Positions 25,301 through 40,000 of a stretch of DNA of 64,000 nucleotides are shown here, one piece after another (position 1 is the first letter of the stretch; each line of letters begins with the position of its first letter). This DNA comes from the human T2T-CHM13v2.0 reference genome, Homo sapiens. The position numbers and the translations under genes are program-made. The stretch is taken from the NCBI RefSeq assembly GCF_009914755.1, contig NC_060938.1. One strand, 5' to 3'. The notes below the pieces were generated by a model. It did not search any database, was not told the origin of the DNA, and saw only the letters and a list, made by a program, of their open reading frames with translations.

Positions 25301-28300
25301 GAGTGTTTCAAAACTGCTCTGTAAAAAGAAAGGTTCAACTCTGTTAGTTGAGTACACACATCACAAACAAGTTTCACACAATGCTTCTTTCTAGCTTGTA
25401 GGGGAAGATATTCCCTTTATCACCATGGGCCTCAAACCGTCCGATAAGTCCACTTCCATATACTACAAAAAGAGCATTTCAAACCTGCTCTATGAAAGGC
25501 AATGTTCAACTCTGTGACTTGAATGCAGACATCACAGAGCAGTTTCTGAGAATGCTTCTGTCTAGATTTTATAGGAAGATATTCCCGTTTCCAACGAAAT
25601 CTTCACAGCTATCCAAATATCCACTTGCAGATTCTACAAAAAGAGTGTATCAAAACTGCTCTGTCAAAAGGAAGGTTCTTTTCTGTTAGGTGAGTGCATA
25701 CGTCATAAAGGAGTTTCTGAGAATGTTTCTGTCTAGTGGTTATGGGAAGATATTTGCTTTTTCACCGTAGGCCTCAGAGCGCTCCAAATATCCACTTGCA
25801 CATACTACAAAAAGAGTGCCTCAAAGCTGCTCTCTGAAACGGAATGTTCAACTCTATGAGTTGAATGCAAACATCGCAAAGACGTTTCTGAGAATGCTTC
25901 TGTCTAGATTTGATATGAAGATATTCCCGTTTCCAACGAAATCTTCAAATCTATCCAAATGTCCACTTGCAGATTCAACAAAAAGTGTTTTTCAGAACTG
26001 CTCTATCAAAAGAAAGATCCACCTCTGTTAGCTGAGTTCACACATCACAAACAAGTTTATGAGAATGCTTCTGTCTAGTTTTTATTTGAAGATATTTCCT
26101 TTCTCACCATAGAGCTGAAAGCTGTCCTAATGTTCACTTCCAGATACTACAGAAAGAGTGTTTCAAAACTGCTGTACGAAAGGGAATGTTCAACTCTGTG
26201 ACTTGAATGCACACATCACAAAGAAGTTTCTGAGGATGCTGCTGTCTACTTTTTATACGTAATCCCGTTTCCAACGAAATCCTCCAAGCTATCCAAATAT
26301 CCACTTGCAGATTCCACAGAAAGACTGTTTCAAAACTGCTCTGTCAATAGAAAGGTTCAACTCTGTTAGCTGCGTGCATATATCCCAAAGAAGATTCTGA
26401 GATTGCTTCTGTCTAGTTTTTATGGGAAGATATTTCCCTTTTCACCGTAGGTGTCAAGGCGCTCCAAATGTCCACTTCCAGATACTACAAAAAGAGTGTT
26501 TCAAACCTACTCTGTGAAAGGGAATATTCAACTCTGTGACTTGAATGCACATATCACAAAGAAGTTTCTGAGAATGCTTCTGTCGAGATTTTATATGAAG
26601 ATATTCCCGTTTCCAACGAAATGCTGAAATCTATCCAAATATCCCCTCGCAGATTCTACAAAAAGAGTGTTTCAAAACTGCTCTGTGAAAAGAAAGGTTC
26701 AACTCTGTTAGTTGAGTACACACATCACAAACAAGTTTCACAGAATGCTTCTTTCTAGCTTGTAGGGGAAGATATTCCCTTTATCACCATGGGCCTCCAA
26801 CCGTCCGAAACATCCACTTCCATATACTACAAAAAGAGCGTTTCAAACCTGCTCTATGAAAGGCAATGTTCAACTCTGTGACTTGAATGCAGACATCACA
26901 GAGCAGTTTCTGAGAATGCTTCTGTCTAGATTTTATAGGAAGATATTCCCGTTTCCAACGAAATCTTCACAGCTATCCAAATATCCACTTGCAGATTCTA
27001 CAAAAAGAGTGTATCAAAACTGCTCTGTCAAAAGGAAGGTTCTTCTCTGTTAGGTGAGTGCATACGTCATAAAGGAGTTTCTGAGAATGTTTCTGTCTAG
27101 TGGTTATGGGAAGATATTTGCTTTTTCACCGTAGGCCTCAGAGCGCTCCAAATATCCACTTGCACATACTACAAAAAGAGTGCCTCAAAGCTGCTCTCTG
27201 AAACGGAATGTTCAACTCTATGAGTTGAATGCAAACATCGCAAAGACGTTTCTGAGAATGCTTCTGTCTAGATTTGATATGAAGATATTCCCGTTTCCAA
27301 CGAAATCTTCAAATCTATCCAAATGTCCACTTGCAGATTCAACAAAAAGTGTTTTTCAGAACTGCTCTATCAAAAGAAAGATCCACCTCTGTTAGCTGAG
27401 TTCACACATCACAAACAAGTTTATGAGAATGCTTCTGTCTAGTTTTTATTTGAAGATATTTCCTTTCTCACCATAGAGCTGAAAGCTGTCCTAATGTTCA
27501 CTTCCAGATACTACAGAAAGAGTGTTTCAAAACTGCTGTACGAAAGGGAATGTTCAACTCTGTGACTTGAATGCACACATCACAAAGAAGTTTCTGAGGA
27601 TGCTGCTGTCTACTTTTTATACGTAATCCCGTTTCCAACGAAATCCTCCAAGCTATCCAAATATCCACTTGCAGATTCCACAGAAAGACTGTTTCAAAAC
27701 TGCTCTGTCAATAGAAAGGTTCAACTCTGTTAGCTGCGTGCATATATCCCAAAGAAGATTCTGAGATTGCTTCTGTCTAGTTTTTATGGGAAGATATTTC
27801 CCTTTTCACCGTAGGTGTCAAGGCGCTCCAAATGTCCACTTCCAGATACTACAAAAAGAGTGTTTCAAACCTACTCTGTGAAAGGGAATATTCAACTCTG
27901 TGACTTGAATGCACATATCACAAAGAAGTTTCTGAGAATGCTTCTGTCGAGATTTTATATGAAGATATTCCCGTTTCCAACGAAATGCTGAAATCTATCC
28001 AAATATCCCCTCGCAGATTCTACAAAAAGAGTGTTTCAAAACTGCTCTGTGGAAAGAAAGGTTCAACTCTGTTAGTTGAGTACACACATCACAAACAAGT
28101 TTCACAGAATGCTTCTTTCTAGCTTGTAGGGGAAGATATTCCCTTTATCACCATGGGCCTCCAACCGTCCGAAACATCCACTTCCATATACTACAAAAAG
28201 AGCGTTTCAAACCTGCTCTATGAAAGGCAATGTTCAACTCTGTGACTTGAATGCAGACATCACAGAGCAGTTTCTGAGAATGCTTCTGTCTAGATTTTAT

Positions 28301-31300
28301 AGGAAGATATTCCCGTTTCCAACGAAATCTTCACAGCTATCCAAATATCCACTTGCAGATTCTACAAAAAGAGTGTATCAAAACTGCTCTGTCAAAAGGA
28401 AGGTTCTTCTCTGTTAGGTGAGTGCATACGTCATAAAGGAGTTTCTGAGAATGTTTCTGTCTAGTGGTTATGGGAAGATATTTGCTTTTTCACCGTAGGC
28501 CTCAGAGCGCTCCAAATATCCACTTGCACATACTACAAAAAGAGTGCTTCAAAGCTGCTCTCTGAAACGGAATGTTCAACTCTATGAGTTGAATGCAAAC
28601 ATCACAAAGACGTTTCTGAGAATGCTTCTGTCTAGATTTGATATGAAGATATTCCCGTTTCCAACGAAATCTTCAAATCTATCCAAATGTCCACTTGCAG
28701 ATTCAACAAAAAGTGTTTTTCAGAACTGCTCTATCAAAAGAAAGATCCACCTCTGTTAGCTGAGTTCACACATCACAAACAAGTTTATGAGAATGCTTCT
28801 GTCTAGTTTTTATTTGAAGATATTTCCTTTCTCACCATAGAGCTGAAAGCTGTCCTAATGTTCACTTCCAGATACTACAGAAAGAGTGTTTCAAAACTGC
28901 TGTACGAAAGGGAATGTTCAACTCTGTGACTTGAATGCACACATCACAAAGAAGTTTCTGAGGATGCTGCTGTCTACTTTTTATACGTAATCCCGTTTCC
29001 AACGAAATCCTCCAAGCTATCCAAATATCCACTTGCAGATTCCACAGAAAGACTGTTTCAAAACTGCTCTGTCAATAGAAAGGTTCAACTCTGTTAGCTG
29101 CATGCATATATCCCAAAGAAGATTCTGAGATTGCTTCTGTCTAGTTTTTATGGGAAGATATTTCCCTTTTCACCGTAGGCGTCAAGGCGCTCCAAATGTC
29201 CACTTCCAGATACTACAAAAAGAGTGTTTCAAACCTACTCTGTGAAAGGGAATATTCAACTCTGTGACTTGAATGCACATATCACAAGGAAGTTTCTGAG
29301 AATGCTTCTGTCGAGATTTTATATGAAGATATTCCCGTTTCCAACGAAATCCTGAAATCTATCCAAATATCCCCTCGCAGATTCTACAAAAAGAGTGTTT
29401 CAAAACTGCTCTGTAAAAAGAAAAGTTCAACTCTGTTAGTTGAGTACACACATCACAAACAAGTTTCACACAATGCTTCTTTCTAGCTTGTAGGGGAAGA
29501 TATTCCCTTTATCACCATGGGCCTCAAACCGTCCGATAAGTCCACTTCCATATACTACAAAAAGAGCGTTTCAAACCTGCTCTATGAAAGGCAATGTTCA
29601 ACTCTGTGACTTGAATGCAGACATCACAGAGCAGTTTCTGAGAATGCTTCTGTCTAGATTTTATAGGAAGATATTCCCGTTTCCAACGAAATCTTCACAG
29701 CTATCCAAATATCCACTTGCAGATTCTACAAAAAGAGTGTATCAAAACTGCTCTGTCAAAAGGAAGGTTCTTTTCTGTTAGGTGAGTGCATACGTCATAA
29801 AGGAGTTTCTGAGAATGTTTCTGTCTAGTGGTTATGGGAAGATATTTGCTTTTTCACCGTAGGCCTCAGAGCGCTCCAAATATCCACTTGCACATACTAC
29901 AAAAAGAGTGCCTCAAAGCTGCTCTCTGAAACGGAAGGTTCAACTCTATGAGTTGAATGCAAACATCGCAAAGACGTTTCTGAGAATGCTTCTGTCTAGA
30001 TTTGATATGAAGATATTCCCGTTTCCAACGAAATCTTCAAATCTATCCAAATGTCCACTTGCAGATTCAACAAAAAGTGTTTTTCAGAACTGCTCTATCA
30101 AAAGAAAGATCCACCTCTGTTAGCTGAGTTCACACATCACAAACAAGTTTATGAGAATGCTTCTGTCTAGTTTTTATTTGAAGATATTTCCTTTCTCACC
30201 ATAGAGCTGAAAGCTGTCCTAATGTTCACTTCCAGATACTACAGAAAGAGTGTTTCAAAACTGCTGTACGAAAGGGAATGTTCAACTCTGTGACTTGAAT
30301 GCACACATCACAAAGAAGTTTCTGAGGATGCTGCTGTCTACTTTTTATACGTAATCCCGTTTCCAACGAAATCCTCCAAGCTATCCAAATATCCACTTGC
30401 AGATTCCACAGAAAGACTGTTTCAAAACTGCTCTGTCAATAGAAAGGTTCAACTCTGTTAGCTGCGTGCATATATCCCAAAGAAGATTCTGAGATTGCTT
30501 CTGTCTAGTTTTTATGGGAAGATATTTCCCTTTTCACCGTAGGTGTCAAGGCGCTCCAAATGTCCACTTCCAGATACTACAAAAAGAGTGTTTCAAACCT
30601 ACTCTGTGAAAGGGAATATTCAACTCTGTGACTTGAATGCACATATCACAAAGAAGTTTCTGAGAATGCTTCTGTCGAGATTTTATATGAAGATATTCCC
30701 GTTTCCAACGAAATGCTGAAATCTATCCAAATATCCCCTCGCAGATTCTACAAAAAGAGTGTTTCAAAACTGCTCTGTGAAAAGAAAGGTTCAACTCTGT
30801 TAGTTGAGTACACACATCACAAACAAGTTTCACAGAATGCTTCTTTCTAGCTTGTAGGGGAAGATATTCCCTTTATCACCATGGGCCTCCAACCGTCCGA
30901 AACATCCACTTCCATATACTACAAAAAGAGCGTTTCAAACCTGCTCTATGAAAGGCAATGTTCAACTCTGTGACTTGAATGCAGACATCACAGAGCAGTT
31001 TCTGAGAATGCTTCTGTCTAGATTTTATAGGAAGATATTCCCGTTTCCAACGAAATCTTCACAGCTATCCAAATATCCACTTGCAGATTCTACAAAAAGA
31101 GTGTATCAAAACTGCTCTGTCAAAAGGAAGGTTCTTCTCTGTTAGGTGAGTGCATACGTCATAAAGGAGTTTCTGAGAATGTTTCTGTCTAGTGGTTATG
31201 GGAAGATATTTGCTTTTTCACCGTAGGCCTCAGAGCGCTCCAAATATCCACTTGCACATACTACAAAAAGAGTGCCTCAAAGCTGCTCTCTGAAACGGAA

Positions 31301-34098
31301 TGTTCAACTCTATGAGTTGAATGCAAACATCGCAAAGACGTTTCTGAGAATGCTTCTGTCTAGATTTGATATGAAGATATTCCCGTTTCCAACGAAATCT
31401 TCAAATCTATCCAAATGTCCACTTGCAGATTCAACAAAAAGTGTTTTTCAGAACTGCTCTATCAAAAGAAAGATCCACCTCTGTTAGCTGAGTTCACACA
31501 TCACAAACAAGTTTATGAGAATGCTTCTGTCTAGTTTTTATTTGAAGATATTTCCTTTCTCACCATAGAGCTGAAAGCTGTCCTAATGTTCACTTCCAGA
31601 TACTACAGAAAGAGTGTTTCAAAACTGCTGTACGAAAGGGAATGTTCAACTCTGTGACTTGAATGCACACATCACAAAGAAGTTTCTGAGGATGCTGCTG
31701 TCTACTTTTTATACGTAATCCCGTTTCCAACGAAATCCTCCAAGCTATCCAAATATCCACTTGCAGATTCCACAGAAAGACTGTTTCAAAACTGCTCTGT
31801 CAATAGAAAGGTTCAACTCTGTTAGCTGCATGCATATATCCCAAAGAAGATTCTGAGATTGCTTCTGTCTAGTTTTTATGGGAAGATATTTCCCTTTTCA
31901 CCGTAGGCGTCAAGGCGCTCCAAATGTCCACTTCCAGATACTACAAAAAGAGTGTTTCAAACCTACTCTGTGAAAGGGAATATTCAACTCTGTGACTTGA
32001 ATGCACATATCACAGGGAAGTTTCTGAGAATGCTTCTGTCGAGATTTTATATGAAGATATTCCCGTTTCCAACGAAATCCTGAAATGTATCCAAATATCC
32101 CCTTGCAGATTCTACAGAAAGAGTGTTTCAAAACTGCTCTGTAAAAAGAAAGGTTCAACTCTGTTAGTTGAGTACACACATCACAAACAAGTTTCACAGA
32201 ATGCTTCTTTCTAGCTTGTAGGGGAAGATATTCCCTTTATCACCATGGGCCTCCAACCGTCCGAAACATCCACTTCCATATACTACAAAAAGAGCGTTTC
32301 AAACCTGCTCTATGAAAGGCAATGTTCAACTCTGTGACTTGAATGCAGACATCACAGAGCAGTTTCTGAGAATGCTTCTGTCTAGATTTTATAGGAAGAT
32401 ATTCCCGTTTCCAACGAAATCTTCACAGCTATCCAAATATCCACTTGCAGATTCTACAAAAAGAGTGTATCAAAACTGCTCTGTCAAAAGGAAGGTTCTT
32501 CTCTGTTAGGTGAGTGCATACGTCATAAAGGAGTTTCTGAGAATGTTTCTGTCTAGTGGTTATGGGAAGATATTTGCTTTTTCACCGTAGGCCTCAGAGC
32601 GCTCCAAATATCCACTTGCACATACTACAAAAAGAGTGCCTCAAAGCTGCTCTCTGAAACGGAATGTTCAACTCTATGAGTTGAATGCAAACATCGCAAA
32701 GACGTTTCTGAGAATGCTTCTGTCTAGATTTGATATGAAGATATTCCCGTTTCCAACGAAATCTTCAAATCTATCCAAATGTCCACTTGCAGATTCAACA
32801 AAAAGTGTTTTTCAGAATTGCTCTATCAAAAGAAAGATCCACCTCTGTTAGCTGAGTTCACACATCACAAACAAGTTTATGAGAATGCTTCTGTCTAGTT
32901 TTTATTTGAAGATATTTCCTTTCTCACCATAGAGCTGAAAGCTGTCCTAATGTTCACTTCCAGATACTACAGAAAGAGTGTTTCAAAACTGCTGTACGAA
33001 AGGGAATGTTCAACTCTGTGACTTGAATGCACACATCACAAAGAAGTTTCTGAGGATGCTGCTGTCTACTTTTTATACGTAATCCCGTTTCCAACGAAAT
33101 CCTCCAAGCTATCCAAATATCCACTTGCAGATTCCACAGAAAGACTGTTTCAAAACTGCTCTGTCAATAGAAAGGTTCAACTCTGTTAGCTGCATGCATA
33201 TATCCCAAAGAAGATTCTGAGATTGCTTCTGTCTAGTTTTTATGGGAAGATATTTCCCTTTTCACCGTAGGCGTCAAGGCGCTCCAAATGTCCACTTCCA
33301 GATACTACAAAAAGAGTGTTTCAAACCTACTCTGTGAAAGGGAATATTCAACTCTGTGACTTGAATGCACATATCACAAGGAAGTTTCTGAGAATGCTTC
33401 TGTCGAGATTTTATATGAAGATATTCCCGTTTCCAACGAAATCCTGAAATCTATCCAAATATCCCCTTGCAGATTCTACAAAAAGAGTGTTTCAAAACTG
33501 CTCTGTAAAAAGAAAGGTTCAACTCTGTTAGTTGAGTACACACATCACAAACAAGTTTCACACAATGCTTCTTTCTAGCTTGTAGGGGAAGATATTCCCT
33601 TTATCACCATGGGCCTCAAACCGTCCGATAAGTCCACTTCCATATACTACAAAAAGAGCATTTCAAACCTGCTCTATGAAAGGCAATGTTCAACTCTGTG
33701 ACTTGAATGCAGACATCACAGAGCAGTTTCTGAGAATGCTTCTGTCTAGATTTTATAGGAAGATATTCCCGTTTCCAACGAAATCTTCACAGCTATCCAA
33801 ATATCCACTTGCAGATTCTACAAAAAGAGTGTATCAAAACTGCTCTGTCAAAAGGAAGGTTCTTTTCTGTTAGGTGAGTGCATACGTCATAAAGGAGTTT
33901 CTGAGAATGTTTCTGTCTAGTGGTTATGGGAAGATATTTGCTTTTTCACCGTAGGCCTCAGAGCGCTCCAAATATCCACTTGCACATACTACAAAAAGAG
34001 TGCCTCAAAGCTGCTCTCTGAAACGGAATGTTCAACTCTATGAGTTGAATGCAAACATCGCAAAGACGTTTCTGAGAATGCTTCTGTCTAGATTTGAT

Positions 34099-37000
34099 AT
34101 GAAGATATTCCCGTTTCCAACGAAATCTTCAAATCTATCCAAATGTCCACTTGCAGATTCAACAAAAAGTGTTTTTCAGAACTGCTCTATCAAAAGAAAG
34201 ATCCACCTCTGTTAGCTGAGTTCACACATCACAAACAAGTTTATGAGAATGCTTCTGTCTAGTTTTTATTTGAAGATATTTCCTTTCTCACCATAGAGCT
34301 GAAAGCTGTCCTAATGTTCACTTCCAGATACTACAGAAAGAGTGTTTCAAAACTGCTGTACGAAAGGGAATGTTCAACTCTGTGACTTGAATGCACACAT
34401 CACAAAGAAGTTTCTGAGGATGCTGCTGTCTACTTTTTATACGTAATCCCGTTTCCAACGAAATCCTCCAAGCTATCCAAATATCCACTTGCAGATTCCA
34501 CAGAAAGACTGTTTCAAAACTGCTCTGTCAATAGAAAGGTTCAACTCTGTTAGCTGCATGCATATATCCCAAAGAAGATTCTGAGATTGCTTCTGTCTAG
34601 TTTTTATGGGAAGATATTTCCCTTTTCACCGTAGGCGTCAAGGCGCTCCAAATGTCCACTTCCAGATACTACAAAAAGAGTGTTTCAAACCTACTCTGTG
34701 AAAGGGAATATTCAACTCTGTGACTTGAATGCACATATCACAGGGAAGTTTCTGAGAATGCTTCTGTCGAGATTTTATATGAAGATATTCCCGTTTCCAA
34801 CGAAATCCTGAAATGTATCCAAATATCCCCTTGCAGATTCTACAGAAAGAGTGTTTCAAAACTGCTCTGTAAAAAGAAAGGTTCAACTCTGTTAGTTGAG
34901 TACACACATCACAAACAAGTTTCACAGAATGCTTCTTTCTAGCTTGTAGGGGAAGATATTCCCTTTATCACCATGGGCCTCCAACCGTCCGAAACATCCA
35001 CTTCCATATACTACAAAAAGAGCGTTTCAAACCTGCTCTATGAAAGGCAATGTTCAACTCTGTGACTTGAATGCAGACATCACAGAGCAGTTTCTGAGAA
35101 TGCTTCTGTCTAGATTTTATAGGAAGATATTCCCGTTTCCAACGAAATCTTCACAGCTATCCAAATATCCACTTGCAGATTCTACAAAAAGAGTGTATCA
35201 AAACTGCTCTGTCAAAAGGAAGGTTCTTCTCTGTTAGGTGAGTGCATACGTCATAAAGGAGTTTCTGAGAATGTTTCTGTCTAGTGGTTATGGGAAGATA
35301 TTTGCTTTTTCACCGTAGGCCTCAGAGCGCTCCAAATATCCACTTGCACATACTACAAAAAGAGTGCCTCAAAGCTGCTCTCTGAAACGGAATGTTCAAC
35401 TCTATGAGTTGAATGCAAACATCGCAAAGACGTTTCTGAGAATGCTTCTGTCTAGATTTGATATGAAGATATTCCCGTTTCCAACGAAATCTTCAAATCT
35501 ATCCAAATGTCCACTTGCAGATTCAACAAAAAGTGTTTTTCAGAATTGCTCTATCAAAAGAAAGATCCACCTCTGTTAGCTGAGTTCACACATCACAAAC
35601 AAGTTTATGAGAATGCTTCTGTCTAGTTTTTATTTGAAGATATTTCCTTTCTCACCATAGAGCTGAAAGCTGTCCTAATGTTCACTTCCAGATACTACAG
35701 AAAGAGTGTTTCAAAACTGCTGTACGAAAGGGAATGTTCAACTCTGTGACTTGAATGCACACATCACAAAGAAGTTTCTGAGGATGCTGCTGTCTACTTT
35801 TTATACGTAATCCCGTTTCCAACGAAATCCTCCAAGCTATCCAAATATCCACTTGCAGATTCCACAGAAAGACTGTTTCAAAACTGCTCAGTCAATAGAA
35901 AGGTTCAACTCTGTTAGCTGCATGCATATATCCCAAAGAAGATTCTGAGATTGCTTCTGTCTAGTTTTTATGGGAAGATATTTCCCTTTTCACCGTAGGC
36001 GTCAAGGCGCTCCAAATGTCCACTTCCAGATACTACAAAAAGAGTGTTTCAAACCTACTCTGTGAAAGGGAATATTCAACTCTGTGACTTGAATGCACAT
36101 ATCACAAGGAAGTTTCTGAGAATGCTTCTGTCGAGATTTTATATGAAGATATTCCCGTTTCCAACGAAATCCTGAAATCTATCCAAATATCCCCTTGCAG
36201 ATTCTACAAAAAGAGTGTTTCAAAACTGCTCTGTAAAAAGAAAGGTTCAACTCTGTTAGTTGAGTACACACATCACAAACAAGTTTCACACAATGCTTCT
36301 TTCTAGCTTGTAGGGGAAGATATTCCCTTTATCACCATGGGCCTCAAACCGTCCGATAAGTCCACTTCCATATACTACAAAAAGAGCATTTCAAACCTGC
36401 TCTATGAAAGGCAATGTTCAACTCTGTGACTTGAATGCAGACATCACAGAGCAGTTTCTGAGAATGCTTCTGTCTAGATTTTATAGGAAGATATTCCCGT
36501 TTCCAACGAAATCTTCACAGCTATCCAAATATCCACTTGCAGATTCTACAAAAAGAGTGTATCAAAACTGCTCTGTCAAAAGGAAGGTTCTTTTCTGTTA
36601 GGTGAGTGCATACGTCATAAAGGAGTTTCTGAGAATGTTTCTGTCTAGTGGTTATGGGAAGATATTTGCTTTTTCACCGTAGGCCTCAGAGCGCTCCAAA
36701 TATCCACTTGCACATACTACAAAAAGAGTGCCTCAAAGCTGCTCTCTGAAACGGAATGTTCAACTCTATGAGTTGAATGCAAACATCGCAAAGACGTTTC
36801 TGAGAATGCTTCTGTCTAGATTTGATATGAAGATATTCCCGTTTCCAACGAAATCTTCAAATCTATCCAAATGTCCACTTGCAGATTCAACAAAAAGTGT
36901 TTTTCAGAACTGCTCTATCAAAAGAAAGATCCACCTCTGTTAGCTGAGTTCACACATCACAAACAAGTTTATGAGAATGCTTCTGTCTAGTTTTTATTTG

Positions 37001-40000
37001 AAGATATTTCCTTTCTCACCATAGAGCTGAAAGCTGTCCTAATGTTCACTTCCAGATACTACAGAAAGAGTGTTTCAAAACTGCTGTACGAAAGGAAATG
37101 TTCAACTCTGTGACTTGAATGCACACATCACAAAGAAGTTTCTGAGGATGCTGCTGTCTACTTTTTATACGTAATCCCGTTTCCAACGAAATCCTCCAAG
37201 CTATCCAAATATCCACTTGCAGATTCCACAGAAAGACTGTTTCAAAACTGCTCTGTCAATAGAAAGGTTCAACTCTGTTAGCTGCGTGCATATATCCCAA
37301 AGAAGATTCTGAGATTGCTTCTGTCTAGTTTTTATGGGAAGATATTTCCCTTTTCACCGTAGGTGTCAAGGCGCTCCAAATGTCCACTTCCAGATACTAC
37401 AAAAAGAGTGTTTCAAACCTACTCTGTGAAAGGGAATATTCAACTCTGTGACTTGAATGCACATATCACAAAGAAGTTTCTGAGAATGCTTCTGTCGAGA
37501 TTTTATATGAAGATATTCCCGTTTCCAACGAAATGCTGAAATCTATCCAAATATCCCCTCGCAGATTCTACAAAAAGAGTGTTTCAAAACTGCTCTGTGA
37601 AAAGAAAGGTTCAACTCTGTTAGTTGAGTACACACATCACAAACAAGTTTCACAGAATGCTTCTTTCTAGCTTGTAGGGGAAGATATTCCCTTTATCACC
37701 ATGGGCCTCCAACCGTCCGAAACATCCACTTCCATATACTACAAAAAGAGCGTTTCAAACCTGCTCTATGAAAGGCAATGTTCAACTCTGTGACTTGAAT
37801 GCAGACATCACAGAGCAGTTTCTGAGAATGCTTCTGTCTAGATTTTATAGGAAGATATTCCCGTTTCCAACGAAATCTTCACAGCTATCCAAATATCCAC
37901 TTGCAGATTCTACAAAAAGAGTGTATCAAAACTGCTCTGTCAAAAGGAAGGTTCTTCTCTGTTAGGTGAGTGCATACGTCATAAAGGAGTTTCTGAGAAT
38001 GTTTCTGTCTAGTGGTTATGGGAAGATATTTGCTTTTTCACCGTAGGCCTCAGAGCGCTCCAAATATCCACTTGCACATACTACAAAAAGAGTGCCTCAA
38101 AGCTGCTCTCTGAAACGGAATGTTCAACTCTATGAGTTGAATGCAAACATCGCAAAGACGTTTCTGAGAATGCTTCTGTCTAGATTTGATATGAAGATAT
38201 TCCCGTTTCCAACGAAATCTTCAAATCTATCCAAATGTCCACTTGCAGATTCAACAAAAAGTGTTTTTCAGAACTGCTCTATCAAAAGAAAGATCCACCT
38301 CTGTTAGCTGAGTTCACACATCACAAACAAGTTTATGAGAATGCTTCTGTCTAGTTTTTATTTGAAGATATTTCCTTTCTCACCATAGAGCTGAAAGCTG
38401 TCCTAATGTTCACTTCCAGATACTACAGAAAGAGTGTTTCAAAACTGCTGTACGAAAGGGAATGTTCAACTCTGTGACTTGAATGCACACATCACAAAGA
38501 AGTTTCTGAGGATGCTGCTGTCTACTTTTTATACGTAATCCCGTTTCCAACGAAATCCTCCAAGCTATCCAAATATCCACTTGCAGATTCCACAGAAAGA
38601 CTGTTTCAAAACTGCTCTGTCAATAGAAAGGTTCAACTCTGTTAGCTGCGTGCATATATCCCAAAGAAGATTCTGAGATTGCTTCTGTCTAGTTTTTATG
38701 GGAAGATATTTCCCTTTTCACCGTAGGTGTCAAGGCGCTCCAAATGTCCACTTCCAGATACTACAAAAAGAGTGTTTCAAACCTACTCTGTGAAAGGGAA
38801 TATTCAACTCTGTGACTTGAATGCACATATCACAAAGAAGTTTCTGAGAATGCTTCTGTCGAGATTTTATATGAAGATATTCCCGTTTCCAACGAAATGC
38901 TGAAATCTATCCAAATATCCCCTCGCAGATTCTACAAAAAGAGTGTTTCAAAACTGCTCTGTGGAAAGAAAGGTTCAACTCTGTTAGTTGAGTACACACA
39001 TCACAAACAAGTTTCACAGAATGCTTCTTTCTAGCTTGTAGGGGAAGATATTCCCTTTATCACCATGGGCCTCCAACCGTCCGAAACATCCACTTCCATA
39101 TACTACAAAAAGAGCGTTTCAAACCTGCTCTATGAAAGGCAATGTTCAACTCTGTGACTTGAATGCAGACATCACAGAGCAGTTTCTGAGAATGCTTCTG
39201 TCTAGATTTTATAGGAAGATATTCCCGTTTCCAACGAAATCTTCACAGCTATCCAAATATCCACTTGCAGATTCTACAAAAAGAGTGTATCAAAACTGCT
39301 CTGTCAAAAGGAAGGTTCTTCTCTGTTAGGTGAGTGCATACGTCATAAAGGAGTTTCTGAGAATGTTTCTGTCTAGTGGTTATGGGAAGATATTTGCTTT
39401 TTCACCGTAGGCCTCAGAGCGCTCCAAATATCCACTTGCACATACTACAAAAAGAGTGCTTCAAAGCTGCTCTCTGAAACGGAATGTTCAACTCTATGAG
39501 TTGAATGCAAACATCACAAAGACGTTTCTGAGAATGCTTCTGTCTAGATTTGATATGAAGATATTCCCGTTTCCAACGAAATCTTCAAATCTATCCAAAT
39601 GTCCACTTGCAGATTCAACAAAAAGTGTTTTTCAGAACTGCTCTATCAAAAGAAAGATCCACCTCTGTTAGCTGAGTTCACACATCACAAACAAGTTTAT
39701 GAGAATGCTTCTGTCTAGTTTTTATTTGAAGATATTTCCTTTCTCACCATAGAGCTGAAAGCTGTCCTAATGTTCACTTCCAGATACTACAGAAAGAGTG
39801 TTTCAAAACTGCTGTACGAAAGGGAATGTTCAACTCTGTGACTTGAATGCACACATCACAAAGAAGTTTCTGAGGATGCTGCTGTCTACTTTTTATACGT
39901 AATCCCGTTTCCAACGAAATCCTCCAAGCTATCCAAATATCCACTTGCAGATTCCACAGAAAGACTGTTTCAAAACTGCTCTGTCAATAGAAAGGTTCAA

